Origin: Octopus bimaculoides
Taxonomy: Eukaryota
DNA: 64,000 nucleotides
Reading direction: 5' to 3'
NCBI RefSeq assembly: GCF_001194135.2
Contig: NC_068984.1
Span: 146,450,097 to 146,514,096, forward strand
In this document: piece by piece, positions 22,931-33,863 of the stretch
Position numbering within the stretch: the first letter of the stretch is position 1
Layout: the number at the start of each line of letters is the position of its first letter
Translations under genes and position numbers: made by a program
The notes under the pieces: generated by a model
The model's input: only the letters and a program-made list of their open reading frames with translations
The model's database searches: none
What the model was told of the DNA's origin: nothing

Positions 22931-25900
22931 TGTATAAAAATTTGTTTTCAGATGATAAAAATTTTCAGTTGTCAGTACTTTACATCCGAATACGAAATCG
23001 TGCTTACAGTGATTTATAAGACTTGGATGGGAAACATGTTTATATTAGAAATTCAAATATATGAAAAAATATAATAAAGATAATAAGATGTAAAATGTTA
23101 ATGAAGTAAGATATAAGAACATGAAAACCGTGTGTAGATACATTCGAGGGAGAATAAATGGAGTTTAGTAATACGAGATATGAAGATAAAAGTCAGTTAA
23201 AAACCTACGGCCGTTTCAGGAAATATTAAGAGGTTGTAGGAACAGTCCATATTCAGCTCCATCGAATAATATTTCCTTCTTCAGGATTCGTTTTATCCAT
23301 TCTATATGATGAATCTCTATTGGTGGGTGGACGTCGAATGATTATATATATATATATATACTTTTGTTATTTACACCACCTGTCCTCGTCTGTTGTTATT
23401 ATTTGTATATTCTCCCATATATATATATATATATAGACACGGTGATAGATTGATAGANNNNNNNNNNNNNNNNNNNATATATATAAACAATTATGGGTAC
23501 AGGACATCACCAACTGTAAACAACATGAAGTGCGAAAACAAACGAGTTGTGTGATGTATTAAAGACACATTCTCGTTACGGTCGTTACATAGTGTCCTCG
23601 TCTCACTACTATACAAGACTCGGATCTGCTACATCCTTTTCATGAATTGTGACAGCGACCGACCTTTAAGCATTTGATGCTTCTGGAACACCACTGGAGC
23701 ACTGTACCTACCTTATCTGCGTTGGAGTAAACTTGGGCTGTACTCTTTCCTTTAAGGTACACGTCAAAAGAACCAAATTGAAAGTTTGTTCCCGAAAGCA
23801 CATCCCACGGAAAATGGGCAACTCCAGATGGGAAACCACAGCACATACATTAAGATCCATTGCTTTGGTCTTGTGCCGTTTCTCTGAGGAATATAGACGT
23901 CCCGTCTGAGAGAAGTCACTCCGTTTCAAGAAGAAGCTCGACCCAACATTGAACAACAACACCAGATGCCACCTAATCATTGTTTTCAGGAAACCTACCA
24001 ACACAACCTGTTCCTCCTGACCCTCCTGATATTCGATAGGAAGTGGTTAACGAAGCCGAAATGATAAGAGGTGCATCGTTGCCATGGACGACAAACCCCC
24101 ATCCAAACGACCGAAATTATGAAGCTTTCTTAACCATTTCTAGCCTAATTTTGTTCTAAGTTTTTTTATGGTCAAATTCAAGCATGTGTATTTTACAAAT
24201 TCGTAACACAGAAATCCTTATGAGTGTCCTCTGGGTTTGCTAGAAATCACAGTGAAGTCTTTCTCGGATCACACACTGTATGGTTACGGGGGAAAAAAAC
24301 AAGCAAACATATTATATAATGTAATCAAATATACATTGTTATATGTTCATGTCTATGTGTATGCGTAGGTATACGTATATATGAATACATCCCCATTATT
24401 AGTAATATTTTGTCAAGCGCATCTAGTGGACATGAACTGTGAATAAAGCGAATACGCACAGTGTCTCACTCCGTTATACATCATACAGTTGTAAGCATAC
24501 CACTTAAATAAACACGTAGAATCATAATAACGCCTTCAATGGGTTGTTTTATTGTCCAACACAAACCAAAGAATGCATAACACACATTATATCTAAAAGA
24601 GACTGGATGCTATTATTACTGGAGCGCTTTTGATAAAAACCCTGTTTGGTCTCGGAATAAAGAATAATTTTTTTTCATTTCGTATCAAAACCAGAGAAGT
24701 TACTTCCCTTTGACCAGTCATTTTTCTCGATTCATTTCTTCTCAAAGCTTTCTCTTGTCAATATTTGATGATTTGAATCGATCGATTTGCCTCGTTGTCA
24801 TCGCATTCCCTCCTCAATATTCTATTAGAGATAAAGCAAACATTGAACTTCGTATCAAATTGCTGAAAACTTTATTTTCTATAAGACGAAAGTAATACAT
24901 CAATAGTAGAACGTCTGTAAGCGTTACAGAAGATATGGCTTCGAGTCCCCCAGGAAGCCTTTGGTGTTTTCCGTCTAAAGGGATTTCTAATCTAGTATTC
25001 ACATGCTATTATTTATTGCTTTTTCTGCTTCGAGTTCCACTGCTAAAAACAAATAAGACTGTGAACAGTCGTAGCAAAGATTAAAAAAGTATTAAAATTA
25101 TTAATGCCATTACAGCGTAGAAGACTCGTTTTATCCATTGAAAACCACACAGAAACTGTAAATCATTTATTATTTGGTATCAAAATATTTGTCGCAGTGT
25201 CTGTGACCTGGTCATTGACGCAGTTCCACTAAAAATGGTTAAGTGAGGTCAACAGTCTTTGTGCGTCTTTGAATGGCCAAAGTGAGTCTTTCAAGCTGTA
25301 ATTGTTTTAGTCTCAACACACAAGACTCATATCAAATGTCACATAAGTACGATTCCAAGTATTATAAATGATGGTAAAAAATTTGAAATATTGGTTTCTA
25401 TTTTGGCTGGGAATAAAGGCTTGAAGAGAAATAAAAAGATTGTGATCTTCGATTTGCTTTTTTAAAGGGATCCAAACCAATGATTGAAACCGTGTCTCTT
25501 GTTTTACACTGCTGGCTAAAGTTGAGATATTCACTTAAAGCTACAGATTAAGGGACGGGTGGTGTGTGGGTGGTGGTCCTGTTATATAGTTACTTGAGCA
25601 GACGCAGTAAATTACTGGTATATATTTTCGATTAGCCCAGAATAACGAAAGGTACAACCACACTAGTTGGAATTGAACTCAATAGTTTGTAGCTAAATAT
25701 TACAAACCATTTAAGTCATCATTCTGCTGTTTCTATCTCCTTCACACTTCTGTATGATTAGATGGAGTCTGATAATTTACAGTTTAAGAATTTATGGAGA
25801 ATCAAATAGTTTATTCCATTTCCCATTTTGTACTTTCTCTTTGTATTTTATTGAACTGTTGCGCCTAATTAAACTGTAATCAACATAACTTTGAATATTT

Positions 25901-25946
25901 TAGCTGAACTTTCATTACAGTTCTATATTTAAGACATGAGGAATTA

Positions 25947-26091
25947 TTTACATTTGACAGATATTTGTCCTCATCTTGTTTGTTGTTAACACAACGTTTC
26001 GGCTGATATACCCGCCAGCCTTCATCAGGTGTCTTGGGGAAATTTCGAACCTGGGTTCTCATTCCTAAGGTATTTTTCAATGTTGTTGTTG

Positions 26092-26146
<55 letters not shown>

Positions 26147-26322
26147 AGTCACTGCCTGGAATCGAACTCAGAATCTTGGGGCTAGTAGCCCGCGCTCTTA
26201 ATCACTACGCCATATGCCCACGGGCATATGGCGTAGTGATGAAGGCTGGAGGGTATATCAGCCGAAACGTTGTGTTAACAACAAACAAGATGAGGACAAA
26301 TATCCGTCAAATGTAAATAATA
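25947..26322. mobile_element. Penelope-like element terminal fragment with an inverted duplication
   Basis: An ~80-bp inverted repeat (about 25947-26027 vs 26237-26321) carrying a hammerhead core; related segments at 88-207 and 60435-60600. Confidence 0.6.
25988..26033 (-). ncRNA. Minimal type I hammerhead ribozyme
   Basis: GACAC-CUGAUGA-A-GGCUG(10-nt loop)CAGCC-GAAA-C-GUU^GUGUU; stem I GACAC/GUGUU; palindromic stem III AACGUU. Confidence 0.7.
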
Positions 26323-27389
26323 CACTTTCATTAGTTTAGAATGTGTGTTAAGTTATGGACATTTTAGGGTGGTCTTGTAGAATGTGTGAAGACGCGTGAT
26401 CCAGTGGTTGGGGTGTTGCACTCACGATCGCATGTTTGTTGTTTCGATTCCCGGACCGGGCGGCGTGTTGTGTTCTTAAACGAAACACTTCATTTAACAT
26501 AGCTCCAGTCCACTCAGCTGTCAATGGGTGCACCCCGAAACGGGTTGGCTTCTCGTTCAGGAGCAAAATGGCATTCGTCTCATCCATTTATACACCATGG
26601 AAACCAGCCAACCAACCTAATTATGAGTCCTAGGAGTTGAGGAGGAGGAATGTCCAGGGACCATTTATATAATGTGAGTTTGCGTATTATGATCGAGGAT
26701 CCATGTTCGATCTTGCTGTATGGCATCTGGGGGCAACGATCATTTTCTATCGCCTCGGGTCGACCCATACTTTCCAAGTGGAATCAGGTTAACAAAAACT
26801 GTGCAGAAGCTCGCCGGATGTATTGTAATTGAAAAGGTGGTTCTGCATGAGAATTGCATTAAGAGTACACAGATCTGAGGAATACACAGCCACATTTACA
26901 CTAATGGTTGTAGTAATTTGATTTGTCTAATAAATGAAAATTGTTGGTCAAAAATTCTAACCGAGATCCATTTTCTGCAATATGGTTTGGTTTGGTGTAA
27001 AATATGAAAGTGTTCAGATCCCTGCGCTGAGAGTCTTTAAAAGCAAATGTGGATAGAATAGAATGGTGGGATAAGATTAACGTTAATCCAGGATACATGC
27101 GAAATAGAGAGAGGGGGACGACAACCTATTCTTTACACAACGGTGCACATGCATATCACATTTGCATTCCTTTCAAGTAGAATTTAACTTGTTAATTGGT
27201 CTAAAGATATTCAGAAATAAACATAGATATTTGTTCAACTGTGATAGAACGGAATATATTGCGAATGGTGTTTAATACGGTCCAAATGAATACTTTTTTC
27301 TTAGTTTATGTTACAAGAAAATATTTCTTTTCAGATTTATTATTTCGAATTAATTTTTCTTTAATCGTACAAACATTAGAAGCAGAAAT

Positions 27390-27806
27390 TCATTTTACTC
27401 TGGAAGAGAGAGAAAGTTTGTTGATGTAGTCGGTGATAGCCTTGCGAGACCCAACAGTGTTCTGGAGATAGGCATTATACGAAGCTAAGAGATTAGCTCT
27501 GTTGGATGGATGCACTTCCTTTAAACGTTTCACTTCCTGTCTATAGAAGTCCTTTTCTCTCTGTTTCCAGTCATCGCCGACTTTCTTCTGTGAATTCGTT
27601 TTCTGTTTGCGGATGAGTTCTTTCCTGTAAATAATCAATAACTTATTTAAGACACACAACAAACAATGCTTTTTTTTTTGTTGTTCAACGCCATCGAAGG
27701 GCCATTCTAGCCATTGTAAGGGCATTGTTTTTCATAAAGCTATTTTTTTTAGTAGATTAAATTGACAAGAAGCTTCTTTTTCTAAAGCCAGTTACCTAGT
27801 TTCCAT
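27390..27806 (-). CDS. Candidate 81-aa uncharacterised protein (exons 27806-27796 and 27624-27390)
   Basis: ATG GAA ACT AG|GTAACT, a 171-nt intron, then TTTACAG|G; METRKELIRKQK...EKDFYRQEVKRLKE...NLLASYNAYLQNTVGSRKAITDYINKLSLSSRVK; phases match; in-frame stop upstream of the ATG. Confidence 0.6.
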
Positions 27807-27812
27807 GGCAAC
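27799..27812. promoter_or_regulatory. Perfect RFX X-box overlapping a start codon
   Basis: GTTTCCATGGCAAC = GTTNCCATGGNAAC consensus. Confidence 0.7.
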
Positions 27813-28773
27813 AAGTAACCGACATCACAATATTCCACCTGGTCAGTAGCCAGCCGGCTTCAAGGCCAGTAATTTTGAGGGGCGGGGGTCTTAGTCGATT
27901 ACATCGACTCCAGTACTTGACTCGTCCTTTATTTTATAGACTCTGAAGGGATGAAAAGGATTTCCCCCCCATCTCTTTATGTTCTGAGTTCAAATCCATT
28001 CCAAGCGATTTGAACACAAAACCTAAAGAGATGCCGCTGATGATTCCGCCAGTTGGTTGCTTTATGGTTTAATATTAATAACATTTTTACTCGAGGGTTA
28101 CATACATATATGGATTATTATTAATGGTAGTAACGAGTCACATAAATCATTTAGTCACGAAAAAACAGCCGACGGAAGTCACATTGGTGGAGGTCATCCT
28201 ATCGCCAAGTTTTCGTTGCTCAAATCCAAGTCAGCCTCGAACGACATGTTTGATAAATTATTAGTTTTAATTTAATTCAAAACGTTCTAATCCTGCCGTG
28301 GTCAATTTTACTTTTCATCTTTCCGGCACCAATAAAACAAAATACCAGTTAAGTAATAGTGGGTTTTTTGCCATTTACTGTACCCCACACCACACTACAC
28401 AAAAAAAAGAAAGTTTGGCCTTCTGTCTGTTTAAGAAATCTGACTAAATTTAATGTTCCATTTTTAACGAAGTGGATGAGTTTGGCACTTTTTACCAAGT
28501 AAATCAATTCCAGACTCAATTTTAGAGACACAGACCCACATATCATTCTGAATTTGCAGTCTCGCATGAAATAAAGTTTTTCTTTCTCTGGTCTTAAATA
28601 ATGGCTGTGTCTAAGTATCTACTCTCTCTCTCTCTCCCTCTCTCTCTCACTTTCTCTCTTTCTCTTTCACTTCCTTTGTGTCCCTCTCCTCTTCCGCTTT
28701 TGATTTAACAATGTATCTATGTATCTATCTACTTCTTTTGCGATGAACGCCGTCACCACTCACTGTCTCTTTC

Positions 28774-28816
<43 letters not shown>

Positions 28817-29370
28817 TTCAATCTCTCTCTCTCTCTCACTGTTTCTCTCTCTCACTCTCTTTCACTCTCTTTCTCTCTCTCTTAGGTCCACTGAAACATT
28901 TAGACAAAACGAACGCCGTCACCACTCACTGTCTCTTTCTCTCTCTTTCACTCACTCTCTTTCTCTCTCTTTCACTCACTCTCTTTCTCTCTCACCCCCT
29001 TTTCTCTCTTTCTCTCTTTCTCTCTTACTTCCTCTCTGTCCTCCTCTCTCTCGAAGTCTGACACACAACACATCTACGTACAAAAACAAAATGTTAGCGT
29101 ATTAATATTATTGATAATCCAGTCGAGGAATTTTCCGTGAATTCCTGCAAATAAAAGACGCCATGGTCATCTTGTGACTAGTTTTGGTCAAAGACCTTTT
29201 GATCAGAGGCAACCAGATTCAAATAACAACTGTATAGAATTCTGATTTGAAATCAATAAATTTAACTTGGGACGAAAAAAAAAAAAAAAAAAAGCATGCG
29301 AATTTCGTACATCTTTTTTCTCTAATTTGAAATTCTAATTTATGACCCCGCCAAAAAAANNNNNNNNNNC

Positions 29371-29770
29371 AGGCGTGGCTGTGTGGGAAGTAGCTTGCTT
29401 ACCAATCACATGGTTCCGGGTTCAGTCCCACTGCGTGGTAACTTGGGCAAGTGTCTTCTTCTATTGCCTCGGGCCGACCAAAGCCTTGTGAGTGGATTTG
29501 ATAGACGGAGACTGGAAGAAGCCCGTCGTATATATGTATATATATATATGTGTGTATGTGTGTGTGTGTATATATGTTTGTGTTTGTCCCCCCAACATCG
29601 CTTGACAACCGATGCTGGTGTGTTTACGTCCCCGTAACTTAGCGGTTCGGCAAAGAGACCGATAGAATAAGTACTAGGCTTACAAAGAATAAGTCCTGGG
29701 GTTGATTTGCTCGACTAAAGGCGGTGCTCCAGCATGGCCACAGTCAAATGACTGAAGCAAAATATAAAGA
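29371..29770 (+). mobile_element. tRNA-derived SINE with an internal microsatellite
   Basis: A/B-box head GGCGTGGCTGTGTGG...GGTTCAGTCCC; homologous copies at 54520-54895 (+) and 52790-53220 (-). Confidence 0.8.
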
Positions 29771-29853
29771 ATAAAAGACTAAAATGGTTGTCTCAAATAA
29801 CTGCAAACATCAGGGAAAAGACGCAAGTTTGAATTAAATTTAGTATGACTGAG

Positions 29854-30054
29854 TTATTTCCCTTCAATCATTCTGTCGTTTTTGTTTAAACTCTTAACAA
29901 AACTTAACTCATTTTCATATCGTTTTTCAATTCTCTTGATTGTCTTGGAAGGTATTTCCGGTAGAATTAAAGTGTCAAGCTTTAAGTCTTCTGTTGGGTC
30001 ACACAAACCAGTGGCTGTTTGGCGGCTCCGATAGCTCGGGAAAGGAGCTTGTGG
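29854..30054 (-). CDS. Giant-exon gene: candidate last coding exon
   Basis: TTTTCCAG| acceptor; only phase 0 stays open: PQAPFPSYRSRQTATGLCDPTEDLKLDTLILPEIPSK...GK*; the chained model totals 9621 nt = 3206 aa + stop. Confidence 0.6.
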   Translation of the reverse strand, partial: PQAPFPSYRSRQTATGLCDPTEDLKLDTLILPEIPSKTIKRIEKRYENELSFVKSLNKNDRMIEGK

Positions 30055-30392
30055 CTGGAAAAGAAAGAAAAGGAACAGATAAAACACGTTGTACGTAGAA
30101 GCACAGACATGGCTTCCGCGTGATTAAGAAACTCTCCTTGTAATCAACTGCTATAGTCCCGGGGCCGACCAATGCCCTGTGAGTCAATTTGCTAGACGGA
30201 AACTGTGTGGAAGCCTGCCGTATATATACATACTTACATACATGCATGCCTACATACATATATGTATGTTATGTGTGTGATTGTGTTTGCCCCCACCCCA
30301 CCGCTCAACTCCGGTTGGAACTTTGTATTCCAAACTGGTTTCATTTATTATATATTTTTGTTTTTCTCATTTCTGTCTCCATCAAACATTAC

Positions 30393-30456
30393 TGTTTCTT
30401 CGCAAACTGTAGGGGAGGGTGAAGGAGACGCGTATTGTTGGGACGAGTCGATGGCG
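30393..30456 (-). CDS. Giant-exon gene: candidate penultimate exon
   Basis: TTCACCAG| acceptor (phase 2; alternative acceptor at 30484); AIDSSQQYASPSPSPTVCEET; ACA|GTAATG donor. Confidence 0.5.
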
Positions 30457-31069
30457 CTGGTGAACTCGGCACCAGCCCAGTTACCTATCCACATATAAAC
30501 TTAAGCTTAAACGAATGAATAACTTTTTCTGCATATTGTTGACTTAAGGGATTACAGGGTTAAAATGACGACCACATACTTTAAGGGCTAAAGCTTAGGG
30601 AAATATATTCCATAATAACAACAGAGATGGCCCTGTAAGAATTGTTCATTGAAGAAGGTCTTGTTTGATCAGTTGCCTCTATGCTATGGGTTTACCAGTG
30701 TTGGATTCAACTGGGTTAGAAAAACAATCAACAGACGAATAATACACAAACATCGTATTTGCCGATTTTCTTCTATTTTTTAAACTATATTTTGTGAGAA
30801 AAACAAACTTACTATATTTCGTCGTACACTTACTGAAAGATGTTTTAAAGTGGTTTTGTGAGGAAAAGTGTACGATTCTGTTCATGTAAATACAATATTG
30901 GGACAGAAGAGTGGAATAAATTATGAAACCCAAAATTTATCACAAATAAACTACATTATACGAATCTCTGTGTTTTCTTCCAGATCAATTGTATACTTGA
31001 TTTTAGTCAAGAGGATTGCCATACAGCAAATAAAATTCGTATTTCTGGTTGTGATGTTAACAGTTTTTG

Positions 31070-31500
31070 GCTACGAGGGTGCATGAAAGTTTGGTAGCAT
31101 TTCGTTCTCTCAGAGAGCTAGAAGAATTTTTCATTTAAAAATAATTAAAAATTGTTTCTTAAATGTAATACAATCATTAAATAATGTAAGACGTACATCA
31201 GATGTTGGTTACGTATGTTGAAGTAAGAGGTATAACGAGAATGAGGTGACCTCTCTACACAACCGCCGACGTTTTCTATACAATTATTTTGCAAGTTTTG
31301 TACTAACAGATTAGGACAATTTGACTGGTTTTCATATATCTTATTATTAATAACAATTATTGTGCCTACAGTACTTATGTTCTTCCGTCTCTCTTGCCTA
31401 CGAAACTCGGTCTCCCATCCATAAATACGGCTGCATAAGACGCAGGGCAATATTTTTTTAAAATACATTTTAAGAAGCATGAAAAAGCGTGTTTTATACA
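31070..31500. mobile_element. Mariner-like fragment
   Basis: TACGAGGG-type TIR start and a transposase C-terminal remnant (CIENVGGCVE) on the minus strand. Confidence 0.5.
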
Positions 31501-32628
31501 CCGACGAATACAGTAATTAGAAAAGAAGATCTCAGCTTAACCACAATACTCTGCGGACAAATACAATGAAAAGCAGAAGAGTTTGTCTTACTTGTCTCAT
31601 CATATACCGCACCAAGCTTGTATCGTAGTAGGGCTTCAAAGAAGAGAACACATACGGTTGGTACTGGACTCTAGCGAAGCGATGAGAAAACGGAAAAAGA
31701 AAATAGAAGTTTGTAAATTAAATTAACATTTCAAACACGCAGCGTAATTCAGAAGTGACTTTCGTACTTAAATGAGATATAAAACTATTTTACTGTTTCA
31801 GTTTTTTTTTTCATATTATCTTTGTTATTTTGTTATGAATACATACATACATACATACATACATACATACATACACGTACATGCACACGCACATCCATGC
31901 ATGCATGCATGCATGCATGCATGCATGCATACATACATACATACATACATACATACATACATACATGCATACATATAAAACCCCTTTGAATGACCAGCAC
32001 ATGGAATCTATGACTCTATACTATCCATTTGTAATCACAAAATATGAACTCCTATCAGAATCTACATACCATGGACAGGAAGCCTTCCTACCCATTCTAC
32101 CGACACACCGCTTTCCTTGGATAATGGAACTCCAACTGTAACATCCCACATATATCTTTATTTCTATTCTCTTATTTCCCTTTATCCTTCCTATCTCCAT
32201 TCTTTTCCAAAACAACTCCTTATAGAGAACTCTATTAATTCCCTCTACTATTTCTACTATATATAAATATATCTGTCACATACCTGCGATAAATATAAGA
32301 TATAGGATATAGATAAGATAAATAAATCTCTATAAAGAGCATGGATACATACAACATACGAAGTGAACCCATCCACACACACACAAACACAAACACAAGA
32401 AATTTCATGGACGGCCACATGAATGTGAAGAACACGTTTAACACCGACAGCAGCTGCGGCGGTGACGACGATGGCAACAGCAACAACAACAACAACTACC
32501 ACGATGGCAACAACGTGGGCGAACACACAGACACAGAGGAATACAGGGACAGCAGCAACAGAATGGGGCTGAGGGGAAGGCCACACTTCTGTTAAAAGCT
32601 ATGACACACACACAAACATACACACACA

Positions 32629-32665
<37 letters not shown>

Positions 32666-32998
32666 GGACACAAACGCCTGCGCGCATAAGGATACGCATC
32701 TAAGAAGAACAGAATGGAATAAGTGGAGCAAGAATACACATGAAAACGAAAAGTGTCGCTAAAGAGGTCACAGATGTGTGACAAAAGATTTGCAGGCAAT
32801 GGACATGAGTTAAGAATAATGAAATAAGAACAGGAATAAACGAGTGAAGAACAAGTGTATAGTGCGTGTGTTTAGTTGGCAAAAAAAAAAAAAANNNNNN
32901 NNNNNNNNNNNNNNNNNNNNNNNNNNNNNNNNNNNNNNNNNNNNNNNNNNNNNNNNNNNNNNNNNNNNNNNNNNNNNNNNNNNNNNNNNNNNNNNNNN

Positions 32999-33033
<35 letters not shown>

Positions 33034-33358
33034 ACTATACACACACATACACACATATCAGTAGTACAAGAGAAAATAGCCATCATAATGTAAATACATC
33101 TTTGAAAAGCAAATTTACTGCTGTATTCGTCCAAAGATAACAACAATAAGGACTGCAAAATTAACAGATATTTGATTGTATCAGTTGCAGCGTGTTGAAA
33201 AGATATGAGTTAACTTCGATGGGATTTGAAAAGAAATCCAAAAGGGACGTAGCTAAGCACCAAAAGACATTTATTCAGTTCGGTGCTCAACCATTTCCGA
33301 TCCGCTAAAACAAAGCAATGCAAACGAAAACGAAACGATAAAACGATTTATGACTTAC

Positions 33359-33440
33359 TGTGGCGGTTTGGAAATCTTCGACGCTGTTTCTTGAAGGATT
33401 TTTTCCAGTTCTTTGAACTCTTGGAAATATCTTGGGTTGA
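33359..33440 (-). CDS. Giant-exon gene: downstream 82-nt exon
   Basis: TTCTTTTAACAG| acceptor and CA|GTAAGT donor; the phase-1 reading gives VNPRYFQEFKELEKILQETASKISKPP. Confidence 0.65.
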
Positions 33441-33863
33441 CTGTTAAAAGAAGTTCGATAAAAACAGGCGTGTTCTTCATAACACAAAGAAATCGATGTT
33501 AATATATATATATATAAAATTAGAATTAAGTGTTAACCTTTGACGAACTTTCCAGACGACTTATGTCGTCTCAAAACCAAGTTTCTAAAGATGTTTCTGT
33601 TGATGTGTTTTAACCAAAATTAATTATTAAACAAATAAATCTTTTGTCTTCGTTACGAGTGCAAATTATAATTGACGGCAATTGTTTGGCTCATGGCGTT
33701 AAATGAATATATACACATTAACTCATGTTACATCACAGTCTACCAGAGACTAACTACTACACCATATCATGCTCTACTGCAAATGATTGTAAATCCGTTG
33801 TAAATCTACCAAATAACTTTGTGCTTAATCATGCTCTATGAAACACTACGGTATCGTGCTCTA

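Larger units (their letters stand above)
21369..23846 (-). pseudogene. Candidate two-exon gene of unknown function, last exon interrupted by the MITE
   Basis: Exon 23846-23708 (MCCGFPSGVAHFPWDVLSGTNFQFGSFDVYLKGKSTAQVYSNADKV, phase-1 donor G|GTACAG) and exon 21834-21369 (TTTCCAG| acceptor), which reads as 79 uninterrupted codons once the MITE and one TSD copy are removed. Confidence 0.45.
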
